Position numbers and translations under genes: made by a program. From Raillietiella orientalis (lineage: Eukaryota), in assembly GCA_036172245.1 (NCBI GenBank), contig JAYWIR010000013.1, forward strand, positions 2,604,001 to 2,668,000: a stretch of DNA of 64,000 nucleotides, in the 5' to 3' direction. The notes beneath the pieces are model-generated. The model did no database searches. It was not told the origin of the DNA and saw only the letters and a program-made list of their open reading frames with translations. This document shows positions 39,401 through 46,880 of the stretch, one piece after another (within the stretch, counting starts at the first letter, position 1; each line of letters begins with the position of its first letter).

Positions 39401-41024
39401 CTGGCGGATGCGGAAACGCCGAGCGCAAGATGCTGCTGCGCTTTCAGGACCCTTCTCGCACGTGGCACCAAAGGCGTGCGCGACGTGGAGGAACGCACGC
39501 AAAAGGAATCTCGCGTGCGTGTAGCAACGCGCCGTGCGCTCGCAGCCGCCTGCGCGCGCGCGCGGTCAGGTCGCCTCATTCTTCCTGCCCGGCGTTTGTT
39601 CATCCGTGCAACCGCTGCCTGCCTCGAGGGCTAGTGTACCAACCGAAGCACTTCAGCAAGGGAGTAATTCGAAATTCCACGAGGGACGTGAGGATCCTCC
39701 ACAAAATGACCGAAACGGAAAGGACTCGTTCCTCACGAATTCAGCCATGCATTTAGGGCATTCTGATTCGAGAAACTCACGGTCCAGGGCTTGACTCGGT
39801 GCGTTGATCCGCGAGCACAGCGAAGAGCTGCTGCTGCTGCTGCTGCTGCTCTACTCACCCGTTGCGCAAAGTGTGTGTGGGGGGGGGGGGTTCCGCAGCA
39901 GGGAAGATTCTCCATTCTGTGCCAGTGTGCGTTCTCTTCTCATTCCAGCCGGGAGGGAACCTCGGAGCGCATTCCAGGAAAACCCCTGGGAACAACACGT
40001 GCAATCCATCCGTCATCTGGGAGAATCACTGCTTGAGGTCACTTGATCGATTTCCCGCTTCTGACTTGAAGGTCCCTGGAGCTTGAGGATGTTCCATTGC
40101 CCCCGCAAATCGTAGAGACACTGCACGATGAGCGACAACCACTACCACCGTGTTGTGTGCAAAACTCACTTCCACAAACACTGAAAGGATTGCTTGAAGA
40201 TGGAACGGAGGCTTCAAGTTGAGCTGGCATCAAGAGCAGCTGTTTAGAAGCATCCGCAGTCATCTCTCGGGCACTCCTTATCGTGGAGAAACGCTGCTTC
40301 CAAGGCGTATAGGAACGGCATTCAATGCGCAACAAGCCTGCGTATAGGTGAACACGAGATGTGTCCTTAGTGGCCGGATGCGATTCAACGGGTCCACCTA
40401 TGAAGAGGAGTTCCCTTGGACACCGCTGATGGTGAACCTGGCACGCGATGCTTTTCGAGCGAAAGCGCTTGCTCTGCACACGAACGGAAGAGCCCCGATC
40501 TCTCACGGGTGAGACAGCACGGGTAATGCCACATGGAACTGGACGGAACAACATCCTCATCTTCATGCTCCCAGATTCCCCGGATGCAGGCGGGAGTGCC
40601 GTGTGACGCACACGTAAAGGCCACACGCGAGCGATGGAGCGAAGGGGACGGGGAGGGGGGGGGGGGACCGACATGTCGAACACGTGAAAATCGCAATGGA
40701 AGCTACAAAATACTCACTGTGGGGGTACGAGCCTTCTTCGACGTCGCCGTACACGACCAGAAAGAAAGGATAAAACTTCCCTTCGTGCACCGTATTTACG
40801 GTCCTCAGGGTTTCCGATGCAGTCTCGTAGACATATGCCATGGTAGGTCCCATAGATCCCGTCGTATCAATCACTAAGCCAAACGTTTTGTATCCCCTTC
40901 TTTCGTTGGTGAACGCTTTGTCATACTCAAAATCAAAGGCATCCTTGTTTTTAAAGCTTATGATGCACGCTGCTGATGACAGCTCTGCTGATGAGAGCAG
41001 CAGCAACAGAATCCAAAAGCACTC
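354..41024 (-). CDS. Multi-exon secreted protein: signal peptide + hemicentin/VWA7-like VWA head + about 37 tandem Cys-rich modules (start codon and 3' end not resolved)
   Basis: Exons from 33248 down to 354 join with consistent intron phases at GT/AG sites with no stop. The N-terminal exons resemble the hemicentin N-terminus. Linkage into one transcript is inferred. Confidence 0.65.
561..677 (-). CDS. Cys-rich exon DGCSKRKWRPSGCPCTTSDECFSRKCVPSESAKGLSCA
   Basis: ttccag acceptor, GTACAA donor, 117 nt, phase 1-1. Confidence 0.8.
962..1051 (-). CDS. Cys-rich exon DCAVAPRLPGCPCSSNAHCKHHCRRRHCT
   Basis: ttttag acceptor, GTACGG donor, 90 nt, phase 1-1. Confidence 0.8.
1185..1289 (-). CDS. Cys-rich exon PKCDVFPKAPFCKCKYPQDCVHNVCGRKLLKKIC
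   Basis: ttgcag acceptor, GTACGG donor, 105 nt; not in the ORF track. Confidence 0.75.
1528..1635 (-). CDS. Cys-rich exon KCSKKKKHGCSCVSNAECDSGSCVKRETKSVYGTC
   Basis: ttgcag acceptor, GTGAGT donor, 108 nt. Confidence 0.8.
1725..1832 (-). CDS. Cys-rich exon CAPPYPDGCACSTPEECFNVCVRDKKTGFLGCGDA
   Basis: ctccag acceptor, GTGCGT donor, 108 nt. Confidence 0.75.
1881..1970 (-). CDS. Cys-rich exon VCEQNIKPPGCPCAQPGECEEKYCSGKAC
   Basis: gtgcag acceptor, GTGGGG donor, 90 nt. Confidence 0.75.
2056..2139 (-). CDS. Cys-rich exon CPGGGGCPCNPDCPVCIIHTRGHFCDG
   Basis: ttccag acceptor; weak GTTGTT donor chosen to keep phase, 84 nt. Confidence 0.55.
2189..2302 (-). CDS. Cys-rich exon FEDKCSPGDKEGCPCDSRKSCGKYDCLAVVDDLKKCT
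   Basis: TAGCAG tandem acceptor (2302 or 2305), GTACTC donor. Confidence 0.75.
2355..2447 (-). CDS. Cys-rich exon TCAAMATKLPTCPCGHHSHCLNSLCVEKTC
   Basis: tag acceptor, GTGAGA donor, 93 nt. Confidence 0.8.
2499..2600 (-). CDS. Cys-rich exon NCKKQPFTAFCPCSSSDSCLSLQCVGGICALGA
   Basis: ttgcag acceptor, GTCAGT donor, 102 nt. Confidence 0.8.
2767..2865 (-). CDS. Cys-rich exon TLCKFTGAPGCPCDKDKPCNYDCVSVKGVSRC
   Basis: ttttag acceptor, GTAAG donor, 99 nt. Confidence 0.8.
3068..3163 (-). CDS. Cys-rich exon SCKPAFAPGCPCSNSLQCKGVCNLNELKCEE
   Basis: attcag acceptor, GTAAG donor, 96 nt; not in the ORF track. Confidence 0.8.
3218..3310 (-). CDS. Cys-rich exon TASKICGKASCVCKVDGDCKAGSVCSRCYC
   Basis: ctccag acceptor, GTGAGT donor, 93 nt. 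Confidence 0.8.
3676..3774 (-). CDS. Cys-rich exon RMVCPANPPFPPECECTDHSQCACGVCFKGKC
   Basis: cctag acceptor, GTAAGT donor, 99 nt. Confidence 0.8.
4234..4326 (-). CDS. Cys-rich exon LCSGENRNEYCQCEKHEDCDKSLRCVEGIC
   Basis: ttgcag acceptor, GTGAGT donor, 93 nt. Confidence 0.8.
4440..4529 (-). CDS. Cys-rich exon CAEKEPLLPHCPCSSSFECASGTCVDEVC
   Basis: Acceptor at 4529 or 4535 (both in frame), GTAGGT donor. Confidence 0.8.
4590..4694 (-). CDS. Cys-rich exon KCVYPAPAKCPCSVPSSCSGKLICRFYGAYGGVC
   Basis: atccag acceptor, GTAAGT donor, 105 nt. Confidence 0.8.
4744..4824 (-). CDS. Cys-rich exon PSAACKSTGKTCLCPHPKWCAAKCSC
   Basis: taccag acceptor, GTACCT donor, 81 nt. Confidence 0.7.
5405..5497 (-). 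CDS. Cys-rich exon (4 Cys) GYCTAGKRLAAGGACPPGYSCVRTGTKGIC
   Basis: ttctag acceptor, GTGAGT donor, 93 nt. Confidence 0.7.
5964..6056 (-). CDS. Cys-rich exon PCMKEIGTTNCACAAPDDCEGRCDEVTSTC
   Basis: tag acceptor, GTAAG donor, 93 nt. Confidence 0.8.
6921..7013 (-). CDS. Cys-rich exon PDCQKPPLLSLCQCSLPATCASGVCHAGYC
   Basis: tctcag acceptor, GTAAGT donor, 93 nt. Confidence 0.8.
7062..7142 (-). CDS. Possible Cys exon (4 Cys) TCDRSLASLPGCGRLARRCLWSRLCN
   Basis: cttcag acceptor, weak GTCGAA donor, 81 nt; only 28 nt from the upstream exon. Confidence 0.4.
7171..7263 (-). CDS. Cys-rich exon WCSKFRKYRGCPCKASSECGRLLVCTHGAC
   Basis: tttcag acceptor, GTAAG donor, 93 nt; not in the ORF track. Confidence 0.8.
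8486..8578 (-). CDS. Cys-rich exon PDCSGLLKSPGCNCSSDDDCLNAKCEAGTC
   Basis: Poly-T plus gcag acceptor, GTCAGT donor, 93 nt. Confidence 0.8.
8890..8988 (-). CDS. Cys-rich exon TCMGRGREVYCDCFLPEDCSRPFTCDEETQLC
   Basis: tttcag acceptor, GTATG donor, 99 nt. Confidence 0.8.
9164..9271 (-). CDS. Cys-rich exon YAPGKCPSIRWHSAPSCPCSGPKDCSSHMCKNGKC
   Basis: ttgcag acceptor, GTAAG donor, 108 nt. Confidence 0.8.
10942..11040 (-). CDS. Cys-rich exon TRPYCEKTLGVVYCPCNGRKCITGLECKAKLC
   Basis: cttag acceptor, GTAAGT donor, 99 nt; not in the ORF track. Confidence 0.8.
11846..11938 (-). CDS. Cys-rich exon PNCSEKIKPFGCRCKDNKECESLTCKHGLC
   Basis: tttcag acceptor, GTAAG donor, 93 nt. Confidence 0.8.
14557..14652 (-). 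CDS. Cys-rich exon VCVPDFGKFNCPCPCAPRYNCSKVSWNTTLC
   Basis: ttgcag acceptor, GTAAG donor, 96 nt. Confidence 0.75.
15217..15309 (-). CDS. Cys-rich exon IACNLKPLNPSCSCQSPDDCTIQFCSAGKC
   Basis: ttccag acceptor, GTACGT donor, 93 nt. Confidence 0.8.
15466..15534 (-). CDS. Short Cys exon (4 Cys) TSKTCTTELDCDDNFSCTKGLC
   Basis: ttccag acceptor, GTAAGT donor, 69 nt. Confidence 0.7.
16955..17047 (-). CDS. Cys-rich exon DCPSASKPEGCPCTSPNECASGLLCKDNEC
   Basis: tctag acceptor, GTAAGT donor, 93 nt. Confidence 0.8.
18464..18556 (-). CDS. Cys-rich exon LICPSDKRPSGCACVTGDKCMSGSCIKRHC
   Basis: aag acceptor, GTAAGT donor, 93 nt. Confidence 0.75.
18595..18687 (-). CDS. Cys-rich exon TCKLMLGKYRCPCAVNGTCDPPYKCMAGIC
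   Basis: aag acceptor after a pyrimidine tract, GTAAGT donor, 93 nt. Confidence 0.75.
18753..18848 (-). CDS. Cys-rich exon CSKSKKVAYNCPCSSSIKCIDGLECSESGKC
   Basis: ttccag acceptor, GTGAGT donor, 96 nt. Confidence 0.8.
20661..20786 (-). CDS. First Cys-rich exon PKGDVPCEMQALKDENCKCSGRKGDECKGCCAARGICEKER
   Basis: cctag acceptor, GTAAGT donor, 126 nt. Confidence 0.75.
20949..20995. repeat. Perfect 23-bp inverted repeat with a 1-nt loop
   Basis: gcgtgctccgcttggacgtctat-a-atagacgtccaagcggagcacgc. Confidence 0.95.
21609..21721 (-). CDS. Linker exon NSISAILRLSGEAVLSITTLVKNFSISFDVYQCGCPS
   Basis: cttcag acceptor (phase 2), GTGAGT donor (phase 1); converts the phase into that of the Cys array. Confidence 0.6.
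24357..24728 (-). CDS. Candidate internal exon (SRCLRFDLF...GSAYR)
   Basis: ctacag acceptor, GTGAGA donor, 372 nt, phase 2-2, open frame; no recognisable motif. Confidence 0.45.
24801..24929 (-). CDS. Internal exon EERVSFKGDCHEAMKWEVKHDSKDCYSPCLYTLRLPNETCTV
   Basis: ttacag acceptor, GTAAG donor, 129 nt, phase 2-2. Confidence 0.6.
25198..25333 (-). CDS. Internal exon EPKVKIIFPPQMKSWEAEIYCTVSSDTPFRASFGLEKDAPMHMH (Ig-like start)
   Basis: ctccag acceptor phase 1, GTAAG donor phase 2; the P-x-V...I-x-C-x-V-x-S-x-x-P-F pattern resembles an Ig domain start. Confidence 0.65.
26775..26850 (-). CDS. Exon VRGVTSAGIPFLRQVETVIRVLTDK
   Basis: cttag acceptor phase 0, GTAAGT donor phase 1; resembles the hemicentin/VWA7 V-x-G-x-D-x-x-G-x-x-F-x-R motif. 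Confidence 0.75.
27814..27995 (-). CDS. Exon TAHLDYFLYPIPFDGVRLISLVQIYDRNG...VDFGFVK (post-VWA beta sandwich)
   Basis: cttag acceptor phase 1, GTACAC donor phase 0; phases match both neighbours. Confidence 0.7.
30718..31141 (-). CDS. Exon TLMKYVIQ...FSFELDGTIQNYTFVL...QVRGFGGLEIDGGFGLSPVPLNDAIPYLPS
   Basis: ttccag acceptor phase 0, GTACGA donor phase 1; parallels the hemicentin segment that follows the VWA domain. Confidence 0.75.
33039..33248 (-). CDS. Exon IKRKSLVRGKLLQTSMVFVHRQQLVEEFFNGSEC...ETKSSNQH (probable C-terminal half of the VWA domain)
   Basis: GTGAG donor phase 0; acceptor at 33248 (alternative 33273); 210 nt open frame. Confidence 0.55.
33336..33719 (+). mobile_element. GC-rich intronic insert with a Cys cluster resembling a degenerate gag zinc knuckle
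   Basis: LLRENGICRHCQVNACAAPYCP, with an abrupt GC shift; no terminal repeats seen. Confidence 0.25.
38330..38710 (+). mobile_element. Highly degenerate LINE reverse transcriptase remnant (intronic)
   Basis: SITIGVPQEAHLATVL resembles the GVPQGSxLxP motif, with an AFHT (AFDT-like) segment upstream. Confidence 0.3.
40170..40223 (-). CDS. Candidate VWA exon LNLKPPFHLQAILSVFVE (alternative acceptor 40337)
   Basis: GTGAGT donor; SVFVE sits where hemicentin has YVFTD. The phase link to the 40718 exon is unresolved. Confidence 0.35.
40718..41024 (-). CDS. Exon with signal-peptide-like segment and VWA N-terminal half (FGLVIDTTGSMG...FFLVVYGD)
   Basis: FWILLLLLSSAELSSA hydrophobic stretch; DxTGS MIDAS variant typical of hemicentin/VWA7; ttccag acceptor, GTGAGT donor. 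Confidence 0.8.
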
Positions 41025-41499
41025 CTGGAAGAAGAACTCCTTCAGAGTTGGAATGATACGCACGTTCCGAATGCTCGGCACACACACAACCGCGAACACC
41101 TGGACCAACAACCCGTGGTCGCGGGAATAGGGCGGTCTGGCAAGGATGGGACGCACTCGAGCCGCGCTCACCCCCCGTGGAACTCGGTCGGCAGGCGACG
41201 TCGCGAGGGCGCAACAATGGCGTGGAATTTGGCAGCGTTGGGGCTGCGCAGCGGCGTTGCCAAGTGAGCGGAGCGCGCGAAAAGTCCCGACGCGCGCCAG
41301 CCGCTTCGGGGACGAAACGTGGGGAGCCGAATCTGCCACCGCTCGCCGCATCTCCCGGGAAACACATTTTCAGGAAACACCATTCCCGCGGGAGGAGCTG
41401 CCTGAGAAACACCACCAATGGAAATCGCAAATGACTCTCCACTGCCTCGAAATCCAGGCCCGAGCTTCTCGCATTTCATCTCCGTAAATAGCGACGAGT

Positions 41500-41640
41500 C
41501 CATAACATCAGTACTGCTGAGAATTCAGCCAGGAGGGACGAGTCGGACTCAAGTGCTGCTACCATTCTCTTCCATGAAGGGCCCTCTCCGCATACACCGA
41601 TCGGAAATGCCTGCGTGGCGACACACCTACTCCGTCGATC
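41500..41640 (-). mobile_element. Diverged third fragment of the L1/Tx1-like element (ORF1/ORF2 boundary)
   Basis: Similar to 44715-44830, for example tcaagtgctgc.accattctcttccatg and caccgatcggaaatgcctgcgtg. Confidence 0.7.
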
Positions 41641-42572
41641 CGACGAGGAGGGGTCCCCATCCGAAATGAGAGGTCCGCTCCTTCACAACCGGAAGGAGGA
41701 CTCCCCACTCCGTGATTCCTGGAAGGACCCGGAGGTCGACTCCCGTTTGTCCCGGTCCTCATCGGGGTCATCAGGTTTGAGCTACTACCGATGCCGCACC
41801 CGGATGAATGTAGACCAACCAGCATCATCTTGTGGGGTGAACTCGGAGCCCACCACGCCCTACCTCGATTCAGTTTGGAGTATTCGAACCCGCGGAGCAT
41901 GATGGTGCCACGCGCAAAAACCACCGCAACCACACGGCCTCCGACGCTAGCAAAATAGCCACATCCCCATCGTACAAAACGATCAGCATGACGAAACGGA
42001 AGGAGACCTCGACGAAGAAACTCATCATCTCTCGCAAGAAGAATGTAAGGTGATTGAGGAGGAAGAGGCAATTAATGAAGTGAACGCTGAAGAACAAAAA
42101 CGTGAAAAGGTGGAAAAGTGGAAAATAAAATACTCAAAATGGCGCAGCCACGAACCGCTAAGGAAACCAAACTCTCCACGAAACCATCAACAGAAAAAGA
42201 GCGTTTTCAAGCCATCTACCGATCGGAGAAGACATGCTGGCATGCCAACAAATTTCACGTCGAAAGTAAAAACCATCCTTCAAGTAAAAGAACCGAAATC
42301 GTTTAAGAGTGAGCTGGAGATAGACTTCCTAAATAATAAAGAAATACAAAAATTACACCACATGAATAGAAAAAGAGCAATAGGAGCGGACATAAAAGCT
42401 CCGTGTGCTCAGAAAGGTTTCACGCCATTTGATGGAGTCCTCGATCAAAAAACTTCACCTTGCAAACACGTTCGCATCACGCGGGAAGATGCCGCAAAGA
42501 CCTGGGACTTGTCCTTACTGACCACGCAAACGTATTTGGGAATATAACGCCCGATCCATCCGACGAGAAAAG

Positions 42573-43381
42573 ATGTGGCTTTCCTTGATACGAAATGACC
42601 AAGGGAAAGCCATGTGCAGCGTTGGATTACACGAGGATTCCAGCCACTTCCTAACTTCGGTTGACCACATTCGTTTCGATAATTATCGCTTCATCCACCC
42701 CGCAAGGCTAAACGTCCTGTCCATAAGAGGAGCAGCAAGAAGATCACCGGCCGATCGCATATGCCGAGGGTGCAGCTGTCAAGATGAGACATTACCACAC
42801 ATACGAAACCACTGCGTAATGCTTTCCCGATGTACACCTCAAGACACAATGCAATCGTGCTGCAGCTGCAAGCAGGCGCCACCAAAGGTAGGAGGATGCA
42901 AGCTTGCATCACTGGACCAAAGGATACCCGAAGTCGACGCCCCGTTGAGGCCGAATCTCATCTTCCAAAAACACGGAATGCGGATCATAGTGGACGTTAC
43001 TTGCCCATTCCAAGGCAAGGAAAACGCGTTCACGGAAGCGAGAAGGAAAAAGGAAGAAAAATATCAAACTAATCCGCAGCATCAACCACTCCGGAAAAAC
43101 TGCCATCATGCAAGTTTTCATCGGGGGATCCCGAGAACTACACCGCACTAAGACTGCTAGGCATTAAAAAGTTGAGAAGCTATCCACAGCATGTTGCATC
43201 AGGACAAGCAGTGACTGGGTTATCCACCCGACGATGCGAGCGGCCCCGTCGGCTACATAACGAAGAAGGGACAACCCAAAGATCGGTCCACTATCAACTA
43301 AACAGCAGCGCACCGATCGTCATGGAAAAGCCGGAAGAGCGGGCGGAGCCAACGACAATGATTCTGCAGATGTAAAAAAAA
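42573..43381 (+). mobile_element. 3' fragment of an RLE-type non-LTR retrotransposon (NeSL/Utopia/R2-like), frameshifted
   Basis: DQGK, RFIHPARLN, CRGC..ETLPHIRNHC zinc knuckle, RHNAIV, LRPN(D)L, IIVDVTCPF and KEEKY motifs, then a short A tract. Confidence 0.85.
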
Positions 43382-43399
43382 ATTAATTGAACCAAACAG

Positions 43400-46300
43400 G
43401 TTGACCTCCGTTGGGTGACGGATTAATTCCCCCGCAGCAATCTAATCCTTACCTCGCAGAGGTATTCTTCCTCTTCTTCTCGGATGCGGAGCCTCACAGG
43501 CAGACATGCGGATACCGCTGCTACTGCGTGACGGGCCACGTTATCAGGGCCTGTAGCCACGTCCCTGCGGAAGTTCCTGAACAGCTTCCAATTCTTCGAG
43601 GTGTCTTCTTCAAGCTCGTGTCGTTCGTTGGTGATCAGAGATCCTATCCTTTTTTCCATGAACCGCAGAACAGTTTCTGTTTCCGCCGGTCGCACTTGTC
43701 GCTGTCGGAAGTGTTCCACCGCCGTTGAAAGGCTTTCACGATTTCATCCGACATGTGCAGGCTGTGACCGCCTTACTGGATGCAGACGTCCGTTGTCAGG
43801 ATTCCTCTTCTCCAGCACGCCGACTTCTCCTTTGCGTGTCGGAAGACGTACCGGCTCTCGAAGGAATGTTCCCAGTACTTCGAGAGGGAGCGGTCGTGAA
43901 TGTTCTGCTCCCGGTACGCTTCCTGCCTCAGTCGCTTTTACCCGAACTGCAGAAAAGATGGACGCGATGATTAAAGCTGTCGGCGACTCTGCGGATGGTG
44001 GTCGTCTGCAGAATCGCTCGGATGACTTCCTGGTGACGGGGAAGCGTCTCGAACCAGGCGGGCATGCAGATGAGCGCCGCCCTAAATTCCTTCGTCCGCC
44101 GAGAATTTTCTGTCTTCATGGAAAACCGCACCACTGGGTGATGGGACAGCAGAGTCTGCGTGTCGCGAAACCTGTGGATGCGCTGCTCTATGTCGGAGAT
44201 GCAAAGCACGTGGTCGATCGGCTTGTGGACAGTTGTCAGCCACAGCAGCCCGAACTCGTCGGACAGCCGCCGGTGAGCCGTCCTTCCTTTGGCGTCCTGG
44301 TAACGAGAGATGCTGTCTAGGATGTTCAGGTCTCCCATCACCATTACCATGTCCTTCGGTACCACTCTTTTGCAGTGCTCCGTGCAGCGCGCCTCGGCGC
44401 ACCGATGTTTCTGTTGCTGTAGTCCGTACACGTTCATCAGGACCAGGTGAACGTTGGCGCACCAGGACAATCGTATTCCGACTATCCCGCCAGGCATGGG
44501 ACAGAAGGTCTCCGGGATGGTGGGGGTGAGACCTTTGTGCATCCAAATCGCCACACCGATGGTCTGCCTCGCTGACGAACGGTCGCGCCTTCAACAGCCA
44601 TTCCGTTTCGAGGCTGATCTCGAGCCCGAGCACGTGGGTTTCCTGTAGACACACGAGGTGTGTCATGGTGCGCGATGGTCCGCGCGATTCTTTCTTCTTA
44701 AATATCAACCAGTTCATGACATCAGTATTGCTGACAATTCAGCGAGCAGGCACGAGTCGGTCTCAAGTGCTGCCACCATTCTCTTCCATGCAGGGCCTTC
44801 TCCGCATGCACCGATCGGAAATGCCTGCGTGCATCGCGGCAGGAATCCTCGTCATCTTGTCTCGAGGAGATGGCGTCCCGCTAATTCTTGTCTCCCGGTC
44901 TGTTCTACCGACCAAGGACTGCAAAGGGAAGGAAGTAAACTGAGCCGTCAAGAACAACGTCCACGCCTTTGCCACCGCAGGCTCACCACAGCACAGGAGT
45001 TGGACTTGACGTCCAGTGGTGGTAATTCACTCTCCAGCTTCTCGCGCTGCGAGCCTTCTTCCAACACTGCATTGTGGATGTCCTTTTCGACGTCGCGCAT
45101 GCGGGTCAGCAGACGTCGCTGTTCTTCAGCGATCACTCCAGGGTGAACTGCCTCTTCCTGGCTGACGCGCAGCGTTTCCTGCGTCACCGGGACGGGCTCC
45201 GCCATTTGCATGGCTTCGGTGGATGACGGTTCCTCGGGGACCTTCAGCCCCTATGGGCGCATCTTCCACCTGCTTCTTTTTGCCGACTTTCGTGAAGTCG
45301 TCTTCCGCCTCGTTTCGTGGTCGCACGGTTGAGAGGCCGCGCGTGGTGCGCCAATGGCCGTGCTCCTCGCAGCTCCACCGGGCGTGACCCGCAGTTTCGC
45401 AAAACGCACATGCTTCCGGCTGGTGCCGAGCCCTGGCGCGCTGCCCTTGTCTGCCCCTTCCCCGCAGCGGTCGTAGCACCTTGCTCGCGGACATGCCCCA
45501 CCCACCCGGTGGCCAAAGGTTTTCGCAGACGATGCAAGAACACCGGTTGCCGGCTATACCGGACGAGCACGTCCTGCGAGTGTTCGTCGATGTGCACGAT
45601 TCCCGCGATCCTGGCGTCCTCTTTTCGTTTGATTTTCACTCTCCCCGTATTGGCTCACGAATTTTCAGATCGAGTGCTTTGGACTGATGATGATGATCCC
45701 GGCGAGCTACACCGTGTGTGTGTGGGTCGTCTCGCCAATCCCGCGCATCCCGTTCCTTCATTCTCCCATCGATTATGATGGATGCCCTTTTTCTACGAGC
45801 GCGTCGATCAGTGGCTCACGCAGTCCGTGAAGGTGGTGAAGCCACTCGCGCTCGGGACTACCCCTTGCACTCTGTCAAAGTGCACATTTTCTTTGTATGT
45901 AGCGCAAGGTGCACAAAGAAAATCTTTGATGCGGTTCACTCTCGCACTGGGTCCGTCTTCCAGGTGATCGCCTTTGCCTCGGGGCCACCTTCACCATTGG
46001 CCCATCGACCGTTTCGCAAAAGTCTGTTGTTGCGTTCGTGCAGTCGGGGGCCACTTTGCCCGCTGCCACGGCCGGCTGGGGCGTTCCAGCAAGATGGCGT
46101 CGCGTCCCTCTTAGCTGGCGATGTCGCTTGTCGTGGCGACGCCGCCGCGACGTTGGCGCGCGCCAGGCCGCTTGAACGGTGGTGCCACCGGCCGCCGCCG
46201 TTACCCCCATCGGTGACGCGGGCCTCGGCACCGTTCACGAGGGGTACCTCCCCATCCTTCAGGTGGGACGGATTCCGGGCCCTCTCCACCCGGGGGTGGT

Positions 46301-46461
46301 GTCCTTGCTGGGTCGCACCGGCAGGCGCGGGCGTCAGCTGTCCGAAGAGAGAGAGCGCTGCGTTCTCCTCCAGATTTCACCGCGGAGAGCACAGCCGAAC
46401 GCTTCGCTCCGCACGCGACCCCCACCAACCGCACTTCTCCTGTCTTTGCAGTCGCTTTCGA
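43400..46461 (-). mobile_element. Degenerate L1/Tx1-clade LINE: ORF1 with CCHC knuckles + APE endonuclease, 3'-truncated
   Basis: CAFCETAGHARWSC; APE motifs SLNC, LQETH, NVYG, MGDLN, IDHVL and SHHPV; frameshifts and stops. Confidence 0.85.
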
Positions 46462-46626
46462 AGGAGGCTGCGCGAACGCAGCCTCCCAACCTAAAAATTA
46501 TGCTTCCGAGTAACCCGCATTTGGGGTTATCGCGGAGGTCAGCCCCGCCGCCGTGCAATGGCAAGGCCTCGCTCCGGAGGAATTGCCATCGTGAACACAA
46601 TTAAGACCTCGAAGCCAGGTAAGTAT
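46462..46626 (-). ncRNA. U1: U1 spliceosomal snRNA, copy 1
   Basis: Reverse complement of 57292-57456. Confidence 0.92.
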
Positions 46627-46639
46627 GAAACTTAACTTG

Positions 46640-46880
46640 CACCCATTTCCCCTCCCCTTACCCCATATCCACCTGCCCCGTATTGCCCCTTTACACGTCT
46701 TTCGCTTCCCTTGCTCTTGACCTTCTCCTTGCTTTGCCTCAGTCTCCTACGCCTCCCCATTCCCTTCCCCCTTTGCAGTATCTGCTCTTCCCCTTTTCCT
46801 CCAGGATTTCATCTTTTCTTTTCGTTTTCCCTTCTGCTTCGCACTTTGCCTCGCCACCCCTCGCTCTCCCTCTGTCCTTC
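46640..46880. repeat. Polypyrimidine/polypurine low-complexity tract upstream of U1 (mirrored at about 57040-57275)
   Basis: Strong C/T strand skew over about 240 nt. Confidence 0.7.
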
